Of a DNA stretch of 60,083 bases, positions 60,008 through 60,083 are shown in pieces (the stretch's first letter is position 1; every line of letters starts with the position of its first letter). The stretch lies in assembly GCA_964493715.1 (NCBI GenBank), contig CAZBPC010000012.1, forward strand, positions 2,990-63,072. Direction: 5' to 3'. A program made the translations under genes and the position numbers. The notes under the pieces are model-generated. The model worked only from the letters and a program-made list of their open reading frames with translations, was not told where the DNA came from and did not search any database. This stretch comes from an uncultured archaeon (GTDB lineage Archaea > Asgardarchaeota > Lokiarchaeia > Sigyniarchaeales > SOKP01).

Positions 60008-60083
60008 ATCCTTCAGATAAAAAATGATACAATAAATAATATGATTTTTTTAATATTTAAACTTCTTTTTCAAAGATTTTCTT

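Noticed and set aside
1-60083. CRISPR arrays, rRNA, transposases, integrases, prophage genes
   Set aside because: None recognised by eye; short non-autonomous elements cannot be excluded without a self-alignment.

Overview
AT-rich archaeal DNA, most likely from a Lokiarchaeia/Asgard genome. That assignment is inferred from a stand-alone Rag-type small GTPase, a single-domain gelsolin, an intron-containing tRNA and a eukaryote-like SECIS. The window holds a cysteine locus (cysE-cysK, cysS, tRNA-Cys), fwdA, purF, mobA, the hydrogenase maturases hypF/D/E/C and cooC, a vhuG-vhuA-vhuU-hdrC-hdrB operon, ADP-forming acetate-CoA ligase, an MNT-HepT toxin-antitoxin pair, many hydrolases and several decayed genes. 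Three things stand out that the ORF track does not show. (1) A probable four-gene operon: ArsR, Rag-like GTPase, MASE3/PAS histidine kinase, and a response regulator whose output domain looks like a folliculin/NPRL2-type longin with a candidate arginine finger. This suggests two-component signalling wired to a eukaryote-type GTPase switch. (2) An unannotated 50-aa selenoprotein VhuU with an in-frame UGA; its stop codon is itself the UGA of a eukaryote-like AUGA/GA SECIS core. (3) A tRNA-Cys(GCA) with a 29-nt D-loop intron at position 15/16, a long variable arm and an A18/G55 swap, divergent from cysS. All family calls come from motif recognition by eye; no database searches were run.
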